DNA of 64,000 bases from Octopus vulgaris (lineage: Eukaryota). Shown here piece after piece: positions 12,150 to 26,477 of the stretch (within the stretch, counting starts at the first letter, position 1; each line of letters starts with the position of its first letter). Made by a program: the position numbers and the translations under genes. A model generated the notes under the pieces. That model was not told the origin of the DNA. It searched no databases and saw nothing but the letters and a program-made list of their open reading frames with translations. The stretch spans positions 77,934,001-77,998,000 of the forward strand of contig OX597815.1 of assembly GCA_951406725.2 (NCBI GenBank). Reading direction: 5' to 3'.

Positions 12150-13800
12150 TGCCTTGCTAAGGTTCCATTTGCCATTAAAAGACTGATTACAGCATGGTAC
12201 ACAGAGCTACCACCAAGATTTGTGGCAATTACTTTTGTCATTATCAGAATTGCTTTATAAATAATGATGGCTTGTCTCAACAGCTACCCATGTGGCAGTG
12301 AAGCTTTTGTCAGTTCTGTTAAAGAAATATCAAAGCTGAATGTTAGAATCTGTAGAAGCAATGAAAATTAATGTCACCCACCCTTTTTTGTTGATCTGTA
12401 AGGTTATAAGCAATGACAAAAATAGACAGAATTAGTCACAGCATTCTCACACAACATACAGATGGAGTTTGCTCAGGATAAGTGTTCTGGTATTTAATCG
12501 AGAGAAGATTGTTGGACCTGATAAGATATGGATATCAGTGACATGTCTATCTCCTCTTTCTCCAATGACAGATTCTATGAGTATCTCAAATTTATGAGAA
12601 TGTTGCATATGTTGGTGCTCTGAGTTAAATTAACATGATGAAAGAATACTTCAGTGGACTTTGGAAGATATGGAATTCAGGATTATTTGCATTCAGAAAT
12701 ACCATGTTCTATAATGCCTTCGCAGTTCCAATGTTTGTACTAAACTCAAAGATAAAAGACTGAACTCATGAAATAATCCACAGCTTGGATATCAAAACTA
12801 GAAAGATATTTAACCATCATAGGATCTATGTTAAATGGGAAGGATTGAGGCAGAGGCATAAAGTCAGTACTTTGAGTGCTGCAGACATTTACTGAACAGT
12901 ACAGGAAGAAATGAGTCCCTGATGTGTATTCAACAGTGGAAAAATATCTTGAGTGTTGTTGAATAACAGTTGTATAGCTATTTGGGGTGAACGGTTTCTT
13001 TCATGTGAACCAAGGATAGTTTGACCTAACCTACTTGAACAGAAGCTCAATGTAGAAGTATTCTCCATATCAGTAGAAAGATATTCATGGATACATAACC
13101 TGCAAGCTTGAGGATATCAACAATATTGAAAGAGAAGTTAGCCTGGGATCAATACATCACATCTCACCTAGAAGAATTCATGCCTTCTCTATTCTAGAAT
13201 GGGAGACAGCCAATAAATAACTGGTCAGGGAAAAAGATAATGATGGCTTCAAACCTCTGCATTATAATTGAAAGTGTCAATTGTGTGCTATCATCCACAT
13301 CATCAACAGTTGTCCAGCAAATGTTTGCAAAGTACCATCTTCCCACTGAAAAATGTTTTGTTGCCATCTGCAGGAAGAATTGTCTTCATAATGATACTAA
13401 AGACACACCAGTATGAAAATGTATAATAGTAATCAGTGCAAACACAACAGACTTGGTATTCAGAATAAGACCTAGAACAGTGAATGAAAGTCATGCTCTG
13501 TTGTAGAGGTCAGCTGTCCCATGGATGTGAATGTATCACCTGAATTCATAGAAAAAGAGGACACCTATAGTAACTTAATGTACGATTTACAACTCTTGTA
13601 TCCTAGCTATAAGATATCTCATTTGTATTTATTACCATAGTTACACTGCCCTATGAAGCAGTAGATTTTCACAAAAGCCTGGAAATGCTGGATTTTCCCT
13701 AGTAAGACCAAAACCACCTTGACTCATAGCCTCCAAGTCTGACCAATTATTGGAAGTCTATAAAGCATTCCATAAATTCTCTATTTGAGTTTCCTAGTAT
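12150..13800 (+). mobile_element. Degenerate RLE-type non-LTR retrotransposon (R4/Dong/NeSL-like): RT C-terminus, CCHC knuckle and endonuclease
   Basis: Ordered broken motifs: LDIKTRK (~12785), RIYVK..GRGIKS (~12820-12870), CQLC..IHIINSCP (~13275-13317), CSVVEVSCPMDVNV and EKEDTYSNLMYDLQLLYPSYK (~13495-13612). Confidence 0.7.
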
Positions 13801-14624
13801 TAACATATACACTCATTTATTTACATAAATGCAAATATATCCTCACATACACTTACATGTAATCTCTTACATGTTTGCCTCTATATATATGCATGCACGG
13901 ATTCATTCAAATATTCACAAACCTCTAGAACTGTGCTGATTCAAACAATGAAGTTCTTTCACTTGGTTTGTGACCTGCTTAAATTATGTATTAAAAAATG
14001 CTTAAATGAGTTTCAAAGAAAATCATAGATGCATACATATTTACATATTTTTTATTAAAGCTGTTGTTAAAGCCCTGATCAGCTGTGACTGTGCTCACCT
14101 ATAACCAGAAGAAATTACACCTGTGACCATCCCACCCTGTTTTTTGTTTTTCAGACACAATGTATCTAAGATTATATTAGTCAGTATCTTTGTGGTTTAT
14201 TAAAGCAGTAAAGTGTGATTTGGTTGCTATTTCTAGTAGGCTAAGCTGCTATGTAGAAGTTCCTTTATTGCTTTTTTAAGTGCATTTATTTAGTCAAAAT
14301 ATGTCTATGTATATGTGCATACATGCATATGTGTATGTATATGTGCATGTATATGTGTGTATGTGTGAGCTAATTATTTAACTGACATGTGACATAAAGA
14401 GAGTTAAATATATAAAAAGTATTCATAATCTATCAATGGAAGATTAGCTCTATTTAATTCAGGGTTAGCAGGATACAGGCTGTGATGTGCATGACTTTCC
14501 TGGAGGCATTTGTGATAAGTTAATGGAAATAACTTTTGTTTGAGGGAATAGAAATCACACTCAGACTTACAACTAACTTACACATGCACATATGGCCATG
14601 CATACATGCGCACACACACAAAGT

Positions 14625-14970
14625 TTAATGCTGCATGGTAGTAAGATATGGCCTTGAAAATGGAAGATTTGCAATGGCTGGAAAGAAATCTAGTGAGCAT
14701 GCTCTGTTGGATGTATATAGTGTGAAAGAACAATGTATGCACAAATGAGCTGAAATCAAAGCTGGATATAAAAGTAGTCAAATGTAATGTGCAAGAGAGA
14801 AGACAGCACTGATATAGACATGTGGTGAATGGAGGATATTTGTTCTTTTTAAAAAAAAAGTACCAAGTCCTCGAAGTTGATAGATCTTTTAGAAGGCAGA
14901 CTTAGGAACACATGGGAGAAATAGTGAAGGCTGATATCAAAAAGTTGAATCTCATAAAGAATGTCACATA
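14625..14970 (+). mobile_element. RTE LINE 3' ORF fragment
   Basis: MLHGSKIW..MEDLQWLERNLVSMLCWM, homologous to the C-terminal part of the RTE copies at 28.2-29 kb and 59.7-60.5 kb. Confidence 0.7.
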
Positions 14971-16377
14971 TAATAGTAACTGTTAAGTGGTTGGCATTAG
15001 GAAGGGCATCCATCTGTAAAACCATGCCAAAGTAAACATAGAATCTGGTGGAGTGCTTTGGCTTATCTGTTCTTGTCAAACCATCCAACCCATACCAGCA
15101 TGGTGAAGATGGTGTTAAATGATTATAATTATGATGATGATATTAAATAAAACCTTCCCACCAGTGCAAGTATGGCAAAATATTAATTAATATGGTGATA
15201 GGATAGAGAATGGGATGTGTAATATATTTATATTGAATTCTTATTGTCCATTATATTCCTGTCAAACTCGTGTTCACTACCTTCTTTGTTAACCTCTCAC
15301 TTACCCTCTTGCATACCCAGTGTACCATGCTGTCTGTGAAACAAGGAATGCCATTTCATCTGTGTACAATCTTCCTACCATCACTCTTTATTGCTCTTCC
15401 TCTCTTCTGCCATCACCTATCTGACATTCTTCCTCTCTTCCTTCACAATGTCTGTGTAATGAGGAATGACATCAAAGAACATTGAATCTATTGATGTCCA
15501 GTACCTCTTACTATCATCCTTCTTTACAATCACACTTTCTTCTCCCTCTTGTCACTCTTCATTGCTATCTACCACTCTTGATATCACTCACCTCTACTGA
15601 TGTCTGTCACTCATTCTCTCTTGCCATCACCTGTCTTTGTTGCAATCCCATCATACTGCTCATGTTACTTTTCTATATATTCTCCTTACCAACAACCAAG
15701 ATCTAGCTATCACTATCTCTCTTCCATTACTCCCTCCCTTACAAAACCTTCCTATCAAACTGTTTCATACTCATACTCTCTCTTCCTTCACTTGTTCTTT
15801 GACTTATTAATCACTCACTCCTCTATTCACCCTTTTGATCATATTTGCTTTGAAAGAATGGAGTTAATACAGAAAACAGAAAACCCTTTAGTCTTGCAAT
15901 AGACAAGGCAGCCTCTCTGGTGCTGGTGCCACAATACATTCTATGCATTCTGTAAAGTGGGTGGTGATTAAATGGACACTGCATAATATAGAAGGACCCT
16001 TTAGTCTTGTTAAGGATCTGACAATTTATCTAGTACTAGTGTCATGATAAAAAGTACCCAGTATACTCTATAAAATGGTGGGTATTAAGAAAAGCATCCA
16101 GCTATAGAAGCCATGCCAAGAATGGAATGTTTGTGAGAGATGTGATCCTCTACATGTGTAGGAGGGCAATAACTCCTACTAATAACTGAGTCAGACTATG
16201 ATGTCTCATTCAAACCATACTAACATGGAAAGTGTATGTAAAATGATATATATGTAGACATCTATTCATATCCCTATTACAAGCACAGGGGCATATCTAT
16301 GGCTAAATTCTTACTCAGGTTATCTGGCTCTAAATAATCATATGCCTCAAGCAGATATCTATTAACTCAAAATCCAC

Positions 16378-16426
<49 letters not shown>

Positions 16427-17099
16427 CAACTGATGGGTAAAAGTCAAATTATTGGCTCTGTCACAATTAAACAATATATGTAAATATATATTAATTAACT
16501 TAATAAATAATGATTTCCATTATAAACACAAAACCATAAATTCTGGAGTTAAGGGACAAGAAAAATTAGTTGATTAAATCCACCTCAGTACTTCACTAGT
16601 ATTTTATTTTATCACCCCCAGAAAGATGGAAAGCAAAGTTGGCTTTGGCAACATTTGAACTCAACATAAAGAGCCAGTAATTTGACTGATTAAATAATGA
16701 CTAACAATAATCACACAAAAGCATTAACTGTTAAACCTGTCTTTCTATTTATATAATTCACGTATGCAAGATCATTCATTCATAGAAGATTATAATTTTC
16801 TGGATTATTAACCTCATATTTAGAGATGAATAATGCAGTATTTACAGTAGTTATATGTACATTGGGTGTTGATTGGTTCATTTTACAATTGTCACCTAGT
16901 GTCATATTTCTGGATATGTACACAGTCTCAATCTGGATTTGAACTAAAAACGAGTCTGACCAGCTAGAAACAGCAGTCAAATGACTTGTCTCTTTATATC
17001 ACATCCTACTAGTTTTAAAATGAGCAGGACATATTGGATGATGTAGTCTTGGGTACAATTTTTCTGAAGAAAAATGAATTTTGCTGTTCATCCATTTTC

Positions 17100-17505
17100 A
17101 TCACTCACTATCTTGGGAGGGTTGTGTGGGTAGAGTCCTCAGGCACCTCTCCATATGGGCCTGTCAGAAGCAACCATCATTCCACTTTCCAGCTGGATTC
17201 CAAAGTGTAGCCAACTGAGATGATGGATATTATCCGAGTTCCTCATTCTCAGTCTATTTTTAGGTCTCCTGTTGGTTGGCTCAGCTTGATGAATCTATCT
17301 TTCAGTAATTTTCTGCAGTATTCTAACCACATATCCAAAGTAATGGAGCTGTAACTCCTTAATGCAGAGAAGTAGTGGCTCAACCTGAAGAGACTCCCTA
17401 ATCTCCAAGTTATGCATCCGGTTACATAATGTTAACCCAGAGAACCTTAGAGAGAGCCTCATTTTGGTCACGTGTATTCGCGATCATACTCTCTGGTCAT
17501 TACAG
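17100..17505 (-). mobile_element. 3' fragment of a second RTE-like LINE family
   Basis: Translates NRMHNLEIRESLQVEPLLLCIKELQLHYFGYVVRI...EPTNRRPKNR, matching the RTE C-terminal LRWFGHV..RRPRGRP pattern. Confidence 0.65.
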
Positions 17506-17524
17506 AAAAACAATAATAAATTAA

Positions 17525-17917
17525 TTATTCTTTCTACAATAGGCACAAAACCTGAAGTTTTTAGGCAGGGAGCTGGTCGATTACATTGACTCCAGTGGTC
17601 AACTAGTACTTATATTATTAGTCTCAAAAAGATGAAAGGCAAAGTTGTCTATGGAGAAATTGTGACCCAGAATGTAAAGATCCAGAAGAAATATGTTTAA
17701 ATGATTCTACCAGCACTTTCATAATAAATAATAATAGTCCTTTCTGTTATAGGAACAAGGCTTAAAATTTTGTGGGAGGGATCTAGTCAATTACATTGAC
17801 CCCAGTACTTCATTCCCAAAAGGATGAAAGGCAAAGTTTGAGTGCAGAACTCAAAGATGGGTGAAATACTGCTTAGCATTTTACTCAGTGTACTAACGTT
17901 CCTGCCAGCTTGCAGCC

Positions 17918-17952
<35 letters not shown>

Positions 17953-18593
17953 TTCAAATTTTGGCACAAGGCCAGCGACTTCAGTGTAGGGGTAAGTTGA
18001 TTAACTGGTACTTATTTTATTGATCCTTAAAATATGAAAGGCAAAGTCAACTTCAGCAGAGTCTAAACTCAGAACACGAAGATTTATGAAATGGTTCTAA
18101 TCATTTTGACAGGTGTGCTAACAATTCTGCCAGCTCACCACCTTAATAAATAATAATGGCTTTAAATTTTGGCACAAGATCAGCAATTTCAGAGGAGTGA
18201 GTAAGTTGATTACATTGACACTAATGTTCTACTGGTACTTATTTCGTCAACCCTGAATGGATGAGAGGCAAAGTCGACCTTGGCAGAATTTGAATTCAAA
18301 ACGTGAAGACAGATGAAATACCATTAAGCATTTTGCTTGGCTTGCTAATGATTCTGCCAGCTTACTGACTTAATAATAATAGTGGTTTCAAATTTTGGCA
18401 CAAAGTCAGTAAGTTCAAGGAAGAGGCTTAGTTGATTAAACAACCCTAGTGTTCAACTGGTACTATTTTATTGACCCCAAAAGGATGAAAGGCTAAGTCA
18501 ATCTCTGGAATTTGAACTCAAAACATAAAGATGGATGAAATGCTGCTAAGCATTTTGCCTGGCATGCTAACAATTCTGCTAGCTCACTGCTTT
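17525..18593 (-). mobile_element. Head-to-tail array of five family-A SINEs spaced by (TAA)n
   Basis: Units ~17525-17720, 17736-17920, 17952-18144, 18160-18372, 18385-18593, each with gatga(a/g)aggc core and followed by (AAT)n. Confidence 0.85.
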
Positions 18594-18595
18594 CA

Positions 18596-18626
<31 letters not shown>

Positions 18627-19188
18627 TGATTGTGACTAGAAAGTTGGAATGCTTTTGGTTTTGTAGCCTGCTGTATTAAAGCTGATCTGGAGTTCGACAA
18701 CAATGAAAGAGCTTGTTTCTAGACCAAGTATAATAACTTTCTTCTTCACTGAACCAGTGATGCATACATCCTACATAGTTACATGGCTTTTATTTCATTT
18801 GCCTTATATTATTTCCCTGCTCATGCATAAAAGTAATATCATGTCATTCAATGGTTTGCATACTAGACTGCAATCAAATATGTTATGTTTTTAATGCTTT
18901 GTGCAAGTATTGACTTAGGGTTCATGTGTTTGTTGTATTACACTTCTATATACTAACTTGCACTTAGGTATAAATGCATAACATTTACAGTAGATTGTTC
19001 AACTGTAAAACATTGGTGTCATCATCTATTCATCAACTAATGAATGGTCATGTTGCTGAGAAGCTTGCTTTGGAACCATGTAGTTTCAGGTTTAGTCCCA
19101 CCCTCTGGGTGAATTCACTCACAAGGCTACCACACCTTATGAGTGAATTTGATTGATGAAAACTGCGTGTAAGCCTGTTGTGTGTATA

Positions 19189-20222
19189 TTGGGTCATCCC
19201 ATAAATAATGTAGTTTTTTTCAATCACATGAACTAAAAGTTGAGGGGGACAGGATAAACTACCTGCATCAACTTGCTATAAAAGCTGGTAGCAATTTTAT
19301 CTTGTCCTTATTCTTAGGGAAAGTTTTCAAGAGTTTTGTTTGATTTTAACAAAAGCTATAATGGAAGTGACAAAGGAGCATATTTTGCTTTATGAATTCA
19401 ATAAAGGCAACAATGCAATGGAAAGTGAGAGGAATATTAATGCAGTATATGGGGATCAGACAATAAGCATAAGTCAGTGTTGATGGTGGTTCCAGAGATT
19501 CTGAGTCAGAAACTACTGCCTTGAACACAAGCCTTGTCCTGGAAGATCTATAGAGCCCAACAAGGAGGACCTACAAACCTTCATGGAACAAAATCCCATC
19601 GTCACTGTTGAAGAACTAGCAGAGAGGCTTGAATTTGGTCATTCAACCATTCATTGACACCTATGTGCTATTGGAAAAGTCAGCAAATTGGGTCAATGGG
19701 TTCCTCACAAACTTTCCGAGGTTTAGTCCACTTTGAACTTTTAAACCCATACCAAACAATAACAAAGGAGATCTACTGCAAGCAGCTTATGTCAGCACTA
19801 AAAGAAAAATGACCATCTTTGGTTTCAAAACGAAAAGTGTTTTTCCATCAGGATAATGCTTGGCCTCATACAACGAGGGTGACATTCCAAAGGCTGGAGC
19901 AGTTTGAATGGGAAACAATGCCCTACTCACCATATTTGCCAGACACTGCCCCATCTGATTAAAATTTATTCTGCAGTCTTCAAAATCATTTGAATGGAAG
20001 AAATATGAATTTTGTAGACGAGGTCAGAACAGTACTGGAGGAGTATTTTTTGTTACGGACAAGTGAATTTTGGAAGAGGGGCTTTGCATGTCTACCAGAT
20101 AGATGGTAGAGCATTGTAGAAAATGAAGGAGTGTATATTTTAGATTAAAAATGAAAGTCGTTTATCTTAATTTTGATAAAAAAGAAGTATAAAAAAACTG
20201 CATTATTTATAGGATGACCCAA
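19189..20222 (+). mobile_element. Internally deleted mariner (1034 bp), same family as 9571-10854, nested in a family-B SINE
   Basis: TA-ttgggtcatcccataaataatg...cattatttataggatgacccaa-TA; WVPHKLSE joined directly to GLVHFELL at ~19720; SINE head 19045-19186 and SINE tail 20225-20430 flank it. Confidence 0.95.
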
Positions 20223-22284
20223 TACATATGTGTGTTTGTAGCTGTCCTCCATCCCCTCCACTTGATAACCAGTGTTGGTCTGTTAGTGTCTCTGTAACTT
20301 AATAGTTTGGCAACAGGGAACGATAGAATAAGTACCAGACTTGCAAAATAAGTACTAAGATTGATCTGTTCAACTAAAACCCTTCAAGCGGGGTGCTCCA
20401 GCATGACTACAGTCCAATGAATGGAACAAATATGAAAAAACAAACTATACTCAATGTCAATAATTCTTTTTATTCTTTAAAATGAAAATATAAACACACA
20501 CACACACATAAAGAAAAATGCCAATAAATAATGAACCATAAATATCTTCATTATCTGACTGACATTTTATAAATTCCATCTTTAGATTGGTAAACTTTTT
20601 AATAATTTCTTTTGTCTTTAATAGTGTAGTCAGGAGGAAGGGGCAGCACCAATGACCTTCTCAGCTTCTCTGAGACTGTCGAGAATCGTAAAGTGGATGA
20701 TGTTCAGTCTGAACATCTGCAAGAAGACATCATAGCCATCATCATCATCATTTTAGCATCCAAGCTTCCATGGGTTGAATGGAATTTGCAGAGATGGATT
20801 TTCTAGCCTGGATGCCCTTCCTGTCACTAACCTTCCTTTGTTTTCAAGCAAGATAATATTTCCCTCTACAGCCAGACATGTTTTCCCAGACGATTGCGAA
20901 GAAAGGATACTGCTTGCATGATGATGATACTTACAACTATTACCCAATGTCATGGCAAGGAGACAGTAATACACACACACATACGACAGGCTTCTTTCAC
21001 TTCCCATCTACCAAATCCTTTCACAAGGTTTTGGTCTACCTGGGGATATTAGTAGATATTAGTAGAAGACACTTGTTCACGTTGCCACTGAATAGGTTTG
21101 AACCTGAAACCATGTAGTTGGGAAGCAAACTTCTTACCACATAGTTATGCCTGCAACTATCTAAAGAAAACATGTTAACTAGAGGAAGGTTCTAGAACAT
21201 TGACATATTGGAACAAATGGTTGGAAATTTGAATCAAGTATATAAGGACTGAGAATCAAAACAGAATGGGTGATGAAAGAGAAGAGACTAGTGGGATGGA
21301 TAGGCCTGGCTGGAATTTGTATGCAACAGGGTAGTTGTGAGGAGCAGAGGCCATTGTAGTGATATAATAGACTTGTCTGTAGGCCAGATGTTTCGTTAAC
21401 CTGCTAGAAATAAAAGCTAAATTTCCCTCATTAATCCATACCATCTTGGAAAAGAAAGGAAATTTTAGATAAGGTAGTTCTTATTACATAGGACAGCAAA
21501 CTGGCACAGTTGTTAGAGCATTGGCTAAATTGATGTGTGATACTTGAGGCTTTTCACGTCCTGCTAAGATCAACTTTTGGTTTTCCTCTTTTTATGGTCG
21601 ATAAATAAAATAACAGTCCAGTGCAGAAATGGTTGTTTAGTTAAGAAGCTTGCTTCACAAGTACATGATCTCAGGTTCAATCCCATGGTGTGACACCTTG
21701 GACAAGTGTTTGTTTTTTATTACAGGCCTAGGCTGACCAAAGCCTTGTGAATGGATTTAGCAGATGGAAATTGAAAGAAGCCCATTGTGTGTGTATATGT
21801 CATCATCATCATCATGTCCGTTTTCTATGTTGGAATGAGTTGAATGGTTTTACAGGAGCTGGCAAGCCAGAGAATTGCACTAGGCTCCATTGTCTGTCTA
21901 CTTTGACATGGTTTCTACAGCTTGATGCCATTCCAATGCCAACCACTTTACAAAGTGTACTGGGTACTTTTTTATGTGACACTAGGACTGGTGCTTTTTC
22001 ATGGCACTAGCTGTGTCACCAAGTAACTTGCAAGACGCTCACCCCCTCAACTGGGAGGGGGAGTGGTACTGAGCGAAGTGGTATTGTATTGGTTGAGAGG
22101 TTAAAGTATGATAGAGGGATAGAAATAGATGTTTTACTGTAGAGGAGATACATGGCTACCCCAGTAAGAAAGGGAGAGGAAGGAGAGACAGAGTAAAAGA
22201 GAGATATATATATAGAGATGTATCAGGTCATACACACAAGGTACAGTGAGTATGAATATGATTCAGAAGGGATAATATATATGT

Positions 22285-22645
22285 TGCAGGTTCAGTCCCA
22301 CTGCATGGTACCTTGAGCAAGTGTCTTCTACTATAGCTTCAGGTTGACCAAAGCCTTGTGAGTGGATTTGCTAGATGGAAACTGAAAGAAGCCCATCAAA
22401 CATATATATGTATATATCTGTGTATGTGTGTGCATCTGTGTCTGTCCCCTGCCATGACCACTTGACAACTGGTGTTGGTATGTTTACATCCCCATTACTT
22501 AGTGGTTTAGCGAAACAGACTGATAAAATAAGTACCAGTTTTTAAAAAATAAGTCCTGGGGTCAATTTGTTTGACTGAAACCTTTCAAGACAGTGCTCCA
22601 GCATGGCCACAGTCAAATGACTGAAGCAAGTAAAACAATAAAAGG
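22285..22645 (+). mobile_element. Family-B SINE (5' truncated)
   Basis: ggttcagtcccactgcatgg..ccttgagcaagtgtcttctac..gtgctccagcatggccacagtcaaatgactg. Confidence 0.8.
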
Positions 22646-24449
22646 ATATGTGTGTATGTGTGTGTGTGTGTGTATTTATGATATGAATGTATGTAGTTGT
22701 GTGTACCCATACCCTTGACTTGACATCATGCATCAGTTGTAAATAAGTATCACCATCATACAAGTGCAGTGTTGTTTGTTTCCATTTTCGAAGGGAAAAT
22801 ATTACCTTGTTTGGAAACAGCTGGTGTTTGGTGATAGGAAGTGCATCAAGGCCCTTGGAAATCTGCCTCAACAAATTCTGTATGACCCATACAAGCATTA
22901 GAAAGTGGACATTAACTAATGATGATGATGATTATTATTAGCAGAATACCTGTTCCAAATTTTTTTACATTTTGTTAGCAATGGCTGAAATGACATTGGA
23001 GTCTAATCGTATCTGTCCTTGCAGCAAAATTGTTAGAATATTGAGCATGAATACCTTGTGATATTAGTTTCAGCTTTTTGCCTTGTGACAGCAATGGCTG
23101 CAATAACACTAATCTTTTTTAGCTCTTGCCTTTTCCTTGTTCAATATTAGTGGTATGGAGAGAGGAAGCTTGCACATAACATCTCTTTCCCAAGGTTGTC
23201 CCTTGGAAAGGAGGTTTCTAGGTGCAAATTAATTGTCTCATGAGGGGATGGTCATGGCTGGAAAGTTTTTGATTACTGGTTTGTTCAGTCAGGACTGACC
23301 CGAATTTAAGACCAACATCCATGGAAGTGACACAACATTCACTTCAGTATTTGTTGAATATTTAGTGTTCTAATTAGGGTTGATATGCAGTGCTCCTTGT
23401 GAAATATGTTATTTTACAACACCCTTGGTTTATAGCTTTATTTTGCATTAACTTAAGAGTTGTAAATAGCTAATAAAATAGAATTAATTAATAAATTTTT
23501 ATATATTTATTGCTTCTTTTGTATTCAGGTATGAAATACCTGAATAATTTTATGCCTGGGAAAAACAAGTCGATCTGAAAGAATGTTGTTATTGAAATCT
23601 AAATTTGCACAGGCAAATAACTGTCTTGAGAACTTGGGAAAATAGATATTTTTCTGAAATACACTGAAATACACAATAAAATGTACACTTATGTAATGTA
23701 TATATGTATGTGTGTGTACATGTGCATAAAACTCAATACTCTTGAACATGTGTTATGAATTTCTCATGATGGAAAGAAGTCTGCTTTATTTGTGTACCAG
23801 AGAGGTAAATTTGAACAAATAGATATGTTTTACAGCTCTTCAATAAATTCTCACTCACCTACTCACTAAAAGCAGTGGTAACTCATTGCAACAACAGAAG
23901 CAGCAGCAGCTTCTTTCCCAGTGACTATTTCTAACAGCTGATCAGTGTTAAGCACCAGGATTTTTTTTAACAGGTATATTTAGTTGCTAATAAGTGTATC
24001 CACATTAATAGTAGTAGCAACAGAAACACAAATAGCTGACTGGTTATACAGTATCCACTATAATAGTGGACAGGCTTCTACCACCATCAGATATTGGCTT
24101 ATTACAATAACTTGGATACTAGCTTTTTATCATTAACTCAGATTTCAGCATTCCTCAAAGATTTCAGCATTTGTCAACAACATCCAGCTCAACAGTGACT
24201 ATATTTCAGTCATAGCTTTTAGCAAGCCATTAATGTGACCAGTTCAGTAGTAACACTTCAATTATAGTTACATATTTCAACAACTACAGTTACAATCTGT
24301 TTCGGACTTTCTACAATAAACAGAATTAACTTGCTTCCAAATTTATCTTTCATAAAAGCAACACATGTGAGAGAAAACATAAAATGATATATGTTTGCAC
24401 AGATACTACAGACTCACTTGTGTGAATGCTCTCTCTGTCTGTCTGTCTG

Positions 24450-24486
<37 letters not shown>

Positions 24487-26279
24487 CACACACACACACA
24501 CACAAACACATATACATACACACACTTCGTACACATCATACAACATCACTTGTATGGATGCACTTGCCATAGAAATTCACTTGTATGGATGTACATGCAT
24601 TAGAGATTCATTTATATTAGTGCATACACTGCAAGACTCAGTTGTGTAGGTGAACACATCATACAGACTCACATGAATGTATACCATATAGACACAGTTG
24701 TATGAGTGCACACACAGCACAGATCTCAGCTGCACATAGCTTTATGGGGTGCTGTGTTCTCTTCTGTATTCAATGACATTTCACCATTTTTTGTTGATCA
24801 AGTTTATCACAACCAAATTAATTTATTGGCAACACATTTTCTCATCTTATGATTGTAATACAATTAAAAAATGTTATCAAACATTCTGAATCTTCAAGGT
24901 AACAGAATCATTAGAGCATCAAGGAAAATGTCTGGAAGTATTTGTTCTGGTTCATTACATTCTAAGTCCAAATCTTGCCGAGGTAAACTTTGCCATTCAT
25001 CCTTTGGGAGTCCATTAATAAAATATAGTACTGATGTCAATAGTATCAAGTGATCACTTCTTATAAAAAAAAAAAAATTGCTGCCCTTGTGCTTAAATCA
25101 GACACTATTCTGGATCTTTGATTGAATTTATATTTTCTACCCACATCAATGTCAACTGATATTGTTAACGCATATAAATTAGGATACATTAAAAAGCTAA
25201 TTAGAAATAATATTGATCAATGACTATTACTATTTTCAACTATTTTACCAACTATGGGTAGATGGTGGGGACAACACTAGACAGGCTTTGCTCTTATCTT
25301 GACCTTATAAATGAAGCATAGTTGTTTACAAGTCTTCGTGCATAATAACTATCTAAATCCAAGCTATGTTACTACAGCTATTGTAGAGTACTTCAGTGGA
25401 AGTCTTTCTGTTTTATTCTTCTTTGTTCCAGTTTGTCTGACTGATACAAAAGGACAGTTACCCTCTTCATGGTTGAATGATTAACAGTAAGAAGAGCAAC
25501 AACGTGTAATAAAATTATGCCACCCATGCAGACGTGGGAAAGTAGATATAAAATAGTAAAAGAAAATACATCTGTGTGATCAAGTTAACATGTGACTTAC
25601 TAGTTGGAAGGTCATGGGTTTTTGTCTCATTTCCATTGCTTTCATTGTTGCATTTAGGGCCAATTTTTCATTCCTTCAATGTATCTACTTGTAAATACCT
25701 ACCATGAGAAGACCCATCTTTAGTCAAATTTTCTTTTTTTCGTTTTCTTTCTTTCAAGCTGCAGGTTGTGCAACCACATATAAGCTCCTTCATTGATTCA
25801 CATAGGCATTTTATCAGTGACTCACATAAAGGTCCCTTTCTTCATCATATCATCTTCACCATCATTTATAATTGATTCTGTTTATCACACTAACATGAGA
25901 TAAGTAAATATTGATTCATCATCATCGTTTAACAGCTACCTTCCATGCTGGCAATGATTAGTATCACAAATGTGTTGATAACTTGTAGAACTATTGTGTA
26001 TAACTTACCATGGCCACATAAATTTCATTTTATCAAAATTATTGTTGTTGTTGAACATTTGGTAGTTTCAGAGAAATTTCTACTGCAGCACCTGCTACAC
26101 CTCCATGTTGCTGGGGTGTCTGCAGCATTGTGTATTCTTTTCTGTTGTTGGGAGTGTGCAAACTCTTTCCAGTATTGTATTGCATCACTTTTTTTTTTCT
26201 TTTGGGATGTGGTGCAGCCTTTTGTTGTATTTACTGTTTGTATTGTGTGTTGAGTGTGTAATGTGTTGTATTATTATTA

Positions 26280-26433
26280 AGATTTACCTTTCATCCTTTT
26301 AAAGTCAATAAATTAAGTACCAGTGAAACACTGGAGTCAATGTAATCGACTGGTCCCTTCCCACCAAATTTCAGGCCTTTTGCCTTTAGTAGAAAGGATT
26401 ATTATTAGTAGTAGTAGTAGTAGTATTAGTATT

Positions 26434-26477
<44 letters not shown>

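Noticed and set aside
17525-18593. CRISPR-like regular repeat/spacer appearance
   Set aside because: Units are ~200-bp diverged SINEs with (TAA)n spacers; eukaryotic context and no cas genes
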